Of a DNA stretch of 64,000 nt, positions 1 to 8,087 are shown piece after piece; within the stretch, counting starts at the first letter, position 1; the number at the start of each line of letters is the position of its first letter. Below the pieces are notes generated by a model. It worked only from the letters and a program-made list of their open reading frames with translations. It was not told the DNA's origin and ran no database searches. The DNA comes from an uncultured Bacteroides sp. (GTDB taxonomy: Bacteria; Bacteroidota; Bacteroidia; Bacteroidales; GCA-2748055), in assembly GCA_964453785.1 (NCBI GenBank), contig CAYVRK010000007.1, positions 57,511-121,510 on the forward strand, in the 5' to 3' direction. Position numbers and translations under genes: made by a program.

Positions 1-372
1 ATCGTTTCCCGGAAATTTGGCGAGAAAATTGGTGTCCAGATGGCCCCTACCTTCGTCTATTACAATGCGGTCCCTGAAGGATACCGCAATGATAACTACT
101 CCCTGAATTTTGGAGGACGTTTCCAGGTGTTTGGCTTTCATTCCATCATATTTGAATATGACCAGCCACTGGTTCAGCCCACTGGGGATAATGCCAAAAC
201 CATCTACCCCAACATGGCACTGGGCATAGAAATCGGAACCAGTACACACGCATTCAGGATATTCGCATCCAATTACAACGCCATCGTCAAGAACAGGAGC
301 GTCGCTTTCAACGACAGAGACCCATTTGAAGGAGATTTCCAGTTCGGATTTAACATCTCGATCAGGTTTTAA
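1..372 (+). CDS. outer-membrane beta-barrel protein, C-terminal part (5' end lies outside window)
   Basis: Frame 1 is open from base 1 (IVSRKFGEKIGVQ precedes the tracked Met at 40). Alternating beta-strand-like pattern (FRIFASNY, FQFGFNISIRF) and a terminal Phe typical of OM barrels. The stop lies 2 nt before the next ATG. Confidence 0.55.
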   Translation: MVSRKFGEKIGVQMAPTFVYYNAVPEGYRNDNYSLNFGGRFQVFGFHSIIFEYDQPLVQPTGDNAKTIYPNMALGIEIGTSTHAFRIFASNYNAIVKNRSVAFNDRDPFEGDFQFGFNISIRF

Positions 373-374
373 CC

Positions 375-1340
375 ATGAGAAACCCAACAATCGCATTATC
401 CGGAATACTGCTGACTTGTGCATTTTCGCTTTGCGCCCAGTCAGTTGATACCACAAAGATCAAACCCGCCTTCCGCGAGGTCAATGAGTATGTGGATGAC
501 AATGAAAACTGTCTCAGATGCCATGGTGAGTTGAAGTATATCATCGAAAACCAGGGCAGGGTCATGACCGAACTGATGTGTCCTGACAGGGTCATCAATA
601 GGGATGCTTACTATTCGGGGGTCCATAAGGCATTTTCATGTTTGGATTGCCATTCGTATGAATTTGAGGTTTTCCCTCATTCGGTGGAAGCCAGGGTAAC
701 TGAGATGCTCTTGTGCATGGATTGTCATGGATACGACGAGACCTTTTCAAAATACCATTTTGAAGACATCGAAATGGAGTTTGCTGAAAGTACCCACAAC
801 ATGCCTGAATTCACTTGCTGGAAATGTCATGATCCCCATTCCTATAAGGCGTTCATGAGAAATGCCGATGATATCGAAGAAGCCGTGCTTTATGACAACA
901 GCATGTGCCTGAGCTGCCATGCGGATTTCAGTCGCTTTATGTTGCTGACCGACAGGAAGGAGATCAATGTGGTAGAGAGCCATAGCTGGTTGCCTAACCA
1001 GGTGGCCCATTTCAGAGCCGTCCGTTGCATTGAGTGTCATACGGAGATCAACGATTCCATCCTGATCGCTCATAAAATCCTGCCAAAATCAGAAGCGGTT
1101 AGAAACTGTACGGAATGTCATGCCAAAGACTCCAGGCTCATGCATACCCTCTACAAATTCGAGAGCCTTGAAAAACGAAAGGTTGGTTTTGTGAACAGCA
1201 TCATGATCAATAACTCCTACGTCATTGGTGCAAACCAAAACGTGCACCTCAACCGCTTAAGTTTGATCGTCTTCGGAATGACCTTACTGGTCATTGGGTT
1301 TCATACCTATTTGAGAATTAAAAAACAGAAAAAAAGCTGA
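375..1340 (+). CDS. heptaheme c-type cytochrome, C-terminally membrane anchored
   Basis: 321 aa with a signal peptide (ILLTCAFSLCAQS). Seven CXXCH motifs: CLRCH, CLDCH, CMDCH, CWKCH, CLSCH, CIECH, CTECH. C-terminal hydrophobic helix LSLIVFGMTLLVIGFHTYL followed by KKQKK. Confidence 0.85.
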   Translation: MRNPTIALSGILLTCAFSLCAQSVDTTKIKPAFREVNEYVDDNENCLRCHGELKYIIENQGRVMTELMCPDRVINRDAYYSGVHKAFSCLDCHSYEFEVFPHSVEARVTEMLLCMDCHGYDETFSKYHFEDIEMEFAESTHNMPEFTCWKCHDPHSYKAFMRNADDIEEAVLYDNSMCLSCHADFSRFMLLTDRKEINVVESHSWLPNQVAHFRAVRCIECHTEINDSILIAHKILPKSEAVRNCTECHAKDSRLMHTLYKFESLEKRKVGFVNSIMINNSYVIGANQNVHLNRLSLIVFGMTLLVIGFHTYLRIKKQKKS

Positions 1341-1341
1341 C

Positions 1342-1965
1342 ATGGCAACTAAAAAAATATATCTCTACCCAATATGGATCCGTCTCTGGCATGTCATCAA
1401 TGCCATGACGTTCCTTTTACTGGTAGCAACCGGGATTTGCCTGCATTATGCCTCTGCTGACAATAGCCTGATCCCTTTTCAGATTTCGGTGGGGATTCAT
1501 AACATTTGTGCCATTGTCCTTTCGGTCAACTATGGTGTTTTTGTCATCGGCAATGTGGTTACAGGAAATGGAAGGTATTACCGGAAGTGGAGAAAAAACC
1601 TTTGGCCCAAACTCTGGAAACAATTCCTTTTCTATGCCGTTGGAATTTTCAAGGGTGAGCCCCATCCCTTCCCCATTACCAAGAAACAAAAGTTCAATCC
1701 ACTGCAGAAAATTTCCTATGTATTTGCCATGTATCTTGGAATGCCTTTGCTGATTATCTCAGGGATTGGGCTCATGTTCCCGGAGAGGATCTCCAATACC
1801 ATATTTAAAATCAGTGGCCTCCTCTTTTATGATGTGCTCCACATCATTGTAGGCTTTGTGCTTTCCCTCTTCCTTTTGATTCATCTCTATACCTGTACTT
1901 TGGGCGATAAACCGGGTACTTTGTTTAAGAGCATGATCAACGGATACCACGAGGAACATGAATAA
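1342..1965 (+). CDS. membrane cytochrome b (FdnI/PhsC/HydC-like diheme b subunit)
   Basis: 207 aa with 4-5 hydrophobic helices carrying conserved His (WHVINAMTF, GIHNICAIV, VLHIIVGF, LLIHLY). No CXXCH. The ATG lies 1 nt after the upstream stop, suggesting translational coupling. Confidence 0.75.
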   Translation: MATKKIYLYPIWIRLWHVINAMTFLLLVATGICLHYASADNSLIPFQISVGIHNICAIVLSVNYGVFVIGNVVTGNGRYYRKWRKNLWPKLWKQFLFYAVGIFKGEPHPFPITKKQKFNPLQKISYVFAMYLGMPLLIISGIGLMFPERISNTIFKISGLLFYDVLHIIVGFVLSLFLLIHLYTCTLGDKPGTLFKSMINGYHEEHE

Positions 1966-2095
1966 GTCCTTTTTTTCAAAGTGACTTATATTCAGACTAG
2001 TTATAAATAGATCCTACAATTGGAGATATGTTAATAGTTGCATATAAAAATCACTATTTTAACGTGCTCTTAACAACCAAGAACCTGATCACTGA

Positions 2096-4894
2096 ATGGG
2101 TCATAAAACCGATATTTCCTCTCGGGCAATAAAATTTCTGGGGCTATTGCTGCTGTCAGCATCCCTTCCACAGGTCTCCCTTTTCTCCCAATCCAATGAG
2201 GATTGCATGATGTGCCATGAGGATATTGAACTGGAAGGCATGTTGCGTGGAAGGAATGTATCCATGTTTGTGGATACCACGGTTTTTGAACGATCAGTCC
2301 ATCACGGCAACAGCTGCCTCTCCTGCCATGCGGATGCCGCAGATGAAGGCTTCCCCCACGCCGATGATCTGAAACCCGTCAACTGTGGCAATTGCCATAC
2401 CCAACAAATGGCAGATAACACCAAGGGTATTCACGGACAGGCACTCCTGTTGAATGATCCCAATGCGCCCAGCTGTAAAGAGTGCCATGGTCACCACGAT
2501 ATCCTGTATTATACCGATCCCAAATCCAGGACCTATAAAATGAACATTCCCATTTTATGCGGGACCTGTCATCGTGAAGGGGAAGTGGTTGCAAGGGCAT
2601 ACAACGTATCCGAACACAATATCGTTGAGAATTATACCCAGGGCATCCATGGAAGGGGCTTATTCGAAGCAGGGCTCATTGTAACAGCAACATGCAATGA
2701 TTGCCATGGCAACCACCTGGTGCTTCCGCATACAAGTCCTAATTCATCCATTTCACCCAACAGGATCGCTGGGACCTGCATGAAGTGCCATACCCGTATT
2801 GAAGAGGCTCACAAGAAGGTCATCAAAGGTGAATTATGGGAAAAGAATCCATCGGTCATCCCCTCCTGCTCACAGTGTCATCCTCCTCATAAAATTGATG
2901 TTCCCCAAATCCAGGCAAGGGTTTCGGATAACAAATGCATGAAGTGCCATAAGGAAGCAGATGTACATAAAATGGTTGACGGTGAACGTGTTTCTCTCCA
3001 GGTGGATGACAATATACTACCCAACTCGGTCCATAAAAATATACAATGCACCAAATGCCATACAGAGGTCACTGATCACCTCCCACGCCCCTGTTCCACC
3101 AACAAACCAGTGGACTGTTCTTCGTGTCACGCCGAAGTTTTTGATAATTATTTTAAAAGTGGCCACGGGCAGGCCCATTATAACAATGTGGAGAATGCCC
3201 CTTATTGTACCGACTGTCACGGTACCCATGCCACCAAATCCAGGTATGACGATACATCACCAGTATACCGGACAGCTATTCCATCGCTTTGTGGAGAGTG
3301 CCATAAGGAGGATGGTAAGGCACCCCGGTCCACTGAGTTGAAAGAGGTGGATGCCTTTGCCGATTATTCCATGAGTGTTCATGGTCAGGGACTCACAAGC
3401 AAGGGACTGACCGTTAGTGCAGTTTGTACAGACTGCCATACCACCCACCTCATGCTGAAGGAATCCAATCCCGAATCATCAGTACACCCTTCCAATGTCC
3501 AGCAAACCTGTGGAAATTGTCACAAAGGGATCCTTGAACAGTACCTGAAGAGTGACCATTCCTTTACCGAAGAGTTTCCAAAAAAGGAGTATCCAACCTG
3601 CGTGAGGTGCCACACTGCTCACGGGATCTCGACTGTGAGTCAGGACAAATTCATGAATGAGGTCACCACCCAGTGCGGATCCTGCCATGAAGAAACTGCA
3701 AAGACTTTTCTGAAAACCTATCATGGCAAAGCGTACCAGCTGGGTTACTACGAAACGGCCCGATGTTCTAATTGTCACGGTTCCCATAACATCTTAAAGG
3801 CTGAGAATCCCGAATCAATGATTGCAGAACAGAATCTTGTCACCACATGCGGAGCATGTCACCCGGGAGCGAACAAACGTTTTACAGGCTATTTAAGTCA
3901 CGCTACCTATAAGGACGATCCCAAATTGCATGTCGCTTATATCTTTATGACTGCCCTGTTGCTGGGTGTATTTTTCTTCTTCGGCATTCACCTGCTCATG
4001 TGGCTTCCGCGTTCAGTTTCAGAAAGGAGAAAGAAAAGAAAAGAGGAACCCAGGGAGATCGGGAACCAATACATCAAACGCTTCTCCCGCAATCAACGGA
4101 TCACCCACGTCTTTGTAATCATCAGTTTCATCCTGCTAGCACTGACCGGAATGATGCTTAAGTTTGCCAATATGGAATGGGCCAAATTTCTGGCAAGACT
4201 CATGGGTGGGGTGCAAAACGCCGGAGTTCTGCACCGTATGGGAGCTGTCATTACATTCGGTTACTTTTCCTTTCACATCCTCAACCTGGTGAGAATGAAG
4301 AGAAGGAAAAGGCTCTCCATGACCAAATTTATTTTCGGGAAGAATTCGCTCTGGTTTAATAAGCAGGATATTCTTGATTTCGTGGCCACCATCAAATGGT
4401 TTGTGGGCAAAGGACCAAGGCCCAATTATGGCAGATGGACCTACTGGGAGAAGTTCGACTACCTGGCTGTTTTCTGGGGGGTAGCCATCATTGGTTTCAG
4501 TGGCCTGATACTATGGTTTCCTGTACTCTTTACAAAGTTCTTTCCCGGCTGGGTGATCAATTTTTCACAGATCATCCACAGTGACGAGGCCCTGTTGGCC
4601 GTTGGTTTCATCTTTACAATTCACTTCTTTAACACCCATTTCCGGCCGGAAGCATTTCCGATGGATACAGTCATATTCACCGGCCATATGCCCCTGGAGC
4701 ATTTCAAACATGAAAGGCCGCGTGAATATCAGGAATTGAAAGATTCAGGAAAGCTGGAAGAAGCCATCGTGGAAAAACACTATTCAAAGGAGAACATGAG
4801 GTTGATCCGGCTCTTCGGATTCCTTGCCCTGGCCATTGGTGTGATCCTGATTGGGTTCATCGTCTTCACCTTCATTTCAGGAGGTGGACACTAG
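2096..4894 (+). CDS. 19-heme c-type cytochrome fused to a six-helix cytochrome-b-like membrane domain
   Basis: 932 aa with a signal peptide. Nineteen CXXCH motifs between residues ~37 and ~590 (CMMCH ... CGACH). Six hydrophobic helices follow, with His-rich helices ITHVFVIISF, VLHRMGAVITFGYFSFH and IIHSDEALLAVGFIFTIHFFNTHF. Confidence 0.85.
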   Translation: MGHKTDISSRAIKFLGLLLLSASLPQVSLFSQSNEDCMMCHEDIELEGMLRGRNVSMFVDTTVFERSVHHGNSCLSCHADAADEGFPHADDLKPVNCGNCHTQQMADNTKGIHGQALLLNDPNAPSCKECHGHHDILYYTDPKSRTYKMNIPILCGTCHREGEVVARAYNVSEHNIVENYTQGIHGRGLFEAGLIVTATCNDCHGNHLVLPHTSPNSSISPNRIAGTCMKCHTRIEEAHKKVIKGELWEKNPSVIPSCSQCHPPHKIDVPQIQARVSDNKCMKCHKEADVHKMVDGERVSLQVDDNILPNSVHKNIQCTKCHTEVTDHLPRPCSTNKPVDCSSCHAEVFDNYFKSGHGQAHYNNVENAPYCTDCHGTHATKSRYDDTSPVYRTAIPSLCGECHKEDGKAPRSTELKEVDAFADYSMSVHGQGLTSKGLTVSAVCTDCHTTHLMLKESNPESSVHPSNVQQTCGNCHKGILEQYLKSDHSFTEEFPKKEYPTCVRCHTAHGISTVSQDKFMNEVTTQCGSCHEETAKTFLKTYHGKAYQLGYYETARCSNCHGSHNILKAENPESMIAEQNLVTTCGACHPGANKRFTGYLSHATYKDDPKLHVAYIFMTALLLGVFFFFGIHLLMWLPRSVSERRKKRKEEPREIGNQYIKRFSRNQRITHVFVIISFILLALTGMMLKFANMEWAKFLARLMGGVQNAGVLHRMGAVITFGYFSFHILNLVRMKRRKRLSMTKFIFGKNSLWFNKQDILDFVATIKWFVGKGPRPNYGRWTYWEKFDYLAVFWGVAIIGFSGLILWFPVLFTKFFPGWVINFSQIIHSDEALLAVGFIFTIHFFNTHFRPEAFPMDTVIFTGHMPLEHFKHERPREYQELKDSGKLEEAIVEKHYSKENMRLIRLFGFLALAIGVILIGFIVFTFISGGGH

Positions 4895-4895
4895 T

Positions 4896-5585
4896 CTATT
4901 GGACCACAGTGGAATTCTCCAGCAGAACTTCGTAGCTGTAGCCGTATCCGAAATCCAGGTTCAAAGCCAGGATGCCTTCAAGGATTACCACTGTGCCCAC
5001 TTCCAATGACTCCATGGAAGTGGCTGTGAGGTCGAATTTGCCTTCAAATTCGGTCCCGTCCTGCAGATGTACCCAGTTTCGCTCCATAATGGCCGGATTA
5101 TACTTGGTGACCTCTCCTTTTACACGAACTGTTTTCCCTTCATAAGCCTCCGGATCAGCATAGATCTCTGCAATTGTAACCGTACCTTCAACCCTTTCCA
5201 CTGCGACCTTAACCTTCTCTTTGGGGGCCATGCTGCCAGGAGTCATCTCCTGTACAGGCATCACTTTGGAATCATCACCCATAAAAAGAGCCTCCACGAA
5301 AAGAACCTCATCAAATGTACGGTCGAGCTCTTTGCTGTAAAAATCCTTCATAAGCATCCCTCCCTGATAATGATAGGTCTCTCCAGGACTGGCCTGCATG
5401 GTGGGTACGGCAATCCAGAATTCAGTTTTCTTACTTTTGACCAGCAGGTAGGTATAATCGCTCACCTGCTCGACTGCCTGTACTTTAACGGTGTTATCAG
5501 TGTTTTCTGCTTTGTTCCCGCAGGAGGATGCAGTGAGTATCAATAAGAGGATGATCAGGTGGTTCAGTTTCGCTTTCATTTTCAT
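4896..5585 (-). CDS. lipoprotein of unknown function with OB-fold-like C-terminal domain
   Basis: 229 aa with a lipobox (LLILTASSC followed by GNK). The segment GKTVRVKGEVTKYNPAIMERNWVHLQDGT resembles periplasmic bacterial OB-fold proteins. The gene abuts the convergent 19-heme gene with a 1-nt gap. Confidence 0.6.
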   Translation of the reverse strand: MKMKAKLNHLIILLLILTASSCGNKAENTDNTVKVQAVEQVSDYTYLLVKSKKTEFWIAVPTMQASPGETYHYQGGMLMKDFYSKELDRTFDEVLFVEALFMGDDSKVMPVQEMTPGSMAPKEKVKVAVERVEGTVTIAEIYADPEAYEGKTVRVKGEVTKYNPAIMERNWVHLQDGTEFEGKFDLTATSMESLEVGTVVILEGILALNLDFGYGYSYEVLLENSTVVQ

Positions 5586-5663
5586 TCAATTTTATAAGTA
5601 CCTTTTTCAAATATATTTTGCGCGAAGATACAACAAACGGGAGAATAGATTGACAATTCTTTT

Positions 5664-7163
5664 CTAATACAGGGCTCTGTGACAATCCGAACAAGCCATC
5701 TCCTTCCACGCCTCCCCAATGTCTACCGGGTGCCTGAAATCCAGAGCGTTATCAATGGTTGTGGATTCATAATTGTCTGGCCCGCCCTGAGCAAGGATTG
5801 TATGGCACAGATTACAATCCCTTGAAATGATGCGTCCATCTTCACTTTGATGATTCCCGTTATGGCATCTGAAGCACCCGTTGAACTCCATGTGGCCAAT
5901 ATGAATCGGATAGGCGTTCCAGTTCACTTTCATTTCAGGAAAGATGTTTTTTGAATATCCTTCAAGCAACCCGTCAATTGTCATTTGGATCAGGTCCTGG
6001 TTTTTTTCATCAATTTCCGGATAAGCAGACTTGTAAAACGCTTCAACGCTCTCCCTGATCTGGACCTTGCCCGAATCCCGGTCCGTAAACTCCTGGTTGA
6101 ACACCTGCATGGCAAGAAATTTCACCTCGGGAAGTTCAGCGGGAATGCTTCCTGCAGCGATCAGGTCGTCGGTAAACTTCTGAGGTGCCTGGTAATTGTG
6201 TGAGGGCCGGTTGTGGCAATCCAGACAGTCCATCTCCCTGATTTCTAAAGTATCAAAAGCTTCGGGACCAACAGTTTCATAGATATCCTGGTAAATTACA
6301 GTGTCCCCGGTAGCCTTATCAATATAGCGTACCCAGGGTATATATTCTCTCTTTTCAGAAGAAGCCAGGTAATCTATTTTAACATCGCTGTGTATATGCC
6401 AATGAATTCCTTCCTGCAAACCCAGGGCACTGCTCTTGGATCCGATTTTCATTTTAAGCTGGATATCCCACTCCGTATTTGCTGAATCGGCCAGATAATT
6501 TCTTTCGTTTCTTAACCGGTAGGAGTAAAATTTCTCCGGCCAGTGGCACTCTTCACAGGTCTCACGTGCTGGTCTCAGGTTATGGATGGGCGTTTTTATG
6601 GGTGTAGGATATTTATGAAAGAGAACAGAATATACCTGGTACATTCCCGACAATTTGCTTTTTACGTACCAGCTTGCTCCGGTCCCCACATGGCATTCCA
6701 CACATGCGACCCGGGAGTGTGCCGACTCCTGATAGGCCACATACTCGGGTTCCATGACCTGGTGACACAGGGTTCCGCAGAACTCGTTTGATTCCGTATA
6801 ATGAAAGGCCTGGTAACTGCCTATTCCGGTTAACATGAGAAAGACAATGGTGACGAAGATAAAGACCGCCACAGCATTCCATTGCCTCGAGTCCCTCAGG
6901 TCAATGACCATCCATCTCCTGGTACCCTCTTCACCTTCGCGCCTGATTCTCTTAGCCCTCCTGGACATACCAACCGGGATCAGAATGAGGCCTATAATCA
7001 AAAATACCGGAAGCACAATATAAGTGATGATTCCCGTATACGAACCCCCCTCATGAAACAACCAATTGGTAAGCATCAAAAAAATAACACTCAGGATGCT
7101 CACGGCTGCAATGATGCTGCCGAGCATTGAAAGCGGATTGTAAAAAGTCTTCGGGAATTTCAT
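5664..7163 (-). CDS. membrane-anchored NapC/NirT-type multiheme cytochrome (ImcH-like)
   Basis: 499 aa with two N-terminal TM helices (LGSIIAAVSILSVIFLMLTNWLF, IITYIVLPVFLIIGLILIPVG) and a third (AVAVFIFVTIVFLMLTGIG). One CX3CH (FCGTLCH) plus six CXXCH: CVECH, CEECH, CLDCH, CFRCH, CNLCH, CSDCH. Confidence 0.8.
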   Translation of the reverse strand: MKFPKTFYNPLSMLGSIIAAVSILSVIFLMLTNWLFHEGGSYTGIITYIVLPVFLIIGLILIPVGMSRRAKRIRREGEEGTRRWMVIDLRDSRQWNAVAVFIFVTIVFLMLTGIGSYQAFHYTESNEFCGTLCHQVMEPEYVAYQESAHSRVACVECHVGTGASWYVKSKLSGMYQVYSVLFHKYPTPIKTPIHNLRPARETCEECHWPEKFYSYRLRNERNYLADSANTEWDIQLKMKIGSKSSALGLQEGIHWHIHSDVKIDYLASSEKREYIPWVRYIDKATGDTVIYQDIYETVGPEAFDTLEIREMDCLDCHNRPSHNYQAPQKFTDDLIAAGSIPAELPEVKFLAMQVFNQEFTDRDSGKVQIRESVEAFYKSAYPEIDEKNQDLIQMTIDGLLEGYSKNIFPEMKVNWNAYPIHIGHMEFNGCFRCHNGNHQSEDGRIISRDCNLCHTILAQGGPDNYESTTIDNALDFRHPVDIGEAWKEMACSDCHRALY

Positions 7164-7293
7164 CAGGATTAGGTCTTTAAATGCAGCATGTCATCAAAAA
7201 GTTATCAGTAAAAATTACGGAATTCATCTTCAACATCAAAGGAAGTTAAAGGACGGTTGGCTTATCTGGAATAATTCTTGGCAGAGGAACCAT

Positions 7294-7323
7294 TAAAAAA
7301 CCTCCGGCAAACCAGACCGGAGG
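7294..7323 (-). terminator. rho-independent terminator after tetraheme cytochrome gene
   Basis: Stem CCTCCGG (7301-7307) / CCGGAGG (7317-7323) with a 9-nt loop. A-run 7295-7300 on plus gives a U-run after the stem on the minus strand. About 40 nt past the stop. Confidence 0.7.
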
Positions 7324-7363
7324 TTCTTTGATTAGCTACAGACCTGCCATTCAGGTATGTTGG

Positions 7364-7894
7364 CTAGTTCGCAGCAGGATTAGGATGGGCAATCTTTGCT
7401 GAAAACTCGGCATAATTAAATGCCTTATAGGTTGGGCTCCCTGAATTATGGCAGCTCTTGCATACCTCTTCTGTAGGCAGAATCATTCCTTTTTGCAAAG
7501 CCAATTCCTGGTTTTTCATGATTGAGGCTCCCTTATACATACTTCCCGGACCATGACACGACTCACATGAAACGCCTTCAGACATCACAATTCCGGCCAC
7601 CAGGCTTTTGTCAATATGACCAACTGTGGAGTGGCATTTAACACAGGCCGCATCGGTGGTCGGATCAGCAATTCCCTTTGCAGTGGCAATTTTCTTTGCT
7701 TCATCCGTGGCTAGGGTCTTCATGGCATTGGCATGGGGTCCCTTGAGCCAGACATTATACTGATCACCTGTAGCCGGCTTCATATGGCACATTTTACACT
7801 TTGCTGAACCGATGTATTTGAAATCCTGGGCTTGCAGAAACGTGCCAGCAAAAAAGGCCAGAACAACGAGGAATAATAATTTCTTTGATAACAT
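7364..7894 (-). CDS. periplasmic tetraheme cytochrome c (cytochrome c554-like small multiheme)
   Basis: 176 aa with a signal peptide ending FLQAQ. Four CXXCH: CKMCH, CVKCH, CESCH, CKSCH. The N-terminal pattern YIGSAKCKMCH..W..GPHANA is typical of the c554-type family. Confidence 0.85.
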   Translation of the reverse strand: MLSKKLLFLVVLAFFAGTFLQAQDFKYIGSAKCKMCHMKPATGDQYNVWLKGPHANAMKTLATDEAKKIATAKGIADPTTDAACVKCHSTVGHIDKSLVAGIVMSEGVSCESCHGPGSMYKGASIMKNQELALQKGMILPTEEVCKSCHNSGSPTYKAFNYAEFSAKIAHPNPAAN

Positions 7895-8024
7895 AGCGAT
7901 AAGATTTTAGTTAACTATAAAGTTCTTTGATAAAAATATTTATTTCTTAAGAGAATAACTTCAAACTTCGGGCCATATATTGAAAATAGGCCACTATTCA
8001 GAATCATCCTAAATTCCGAACACT

Positions 8025-8063
8025 AAAAAAAACCAGGCCGCCCCATACCCATGAGACGGCCTG
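8025..8063 (-). terminator. rho-independent terminator after rhodanese gene
   Basis: Stem CAGGCCG (8034-8040) / CGGCCTG (8057-8063). The A8 run at 8025-8032 on plus gives a U-run on the minus strand. About 25 nt past the stop. Confidence 0.7.
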
Positions 8064-8087
8064 ATTAATGAGGGTTCTAAGGAATCT

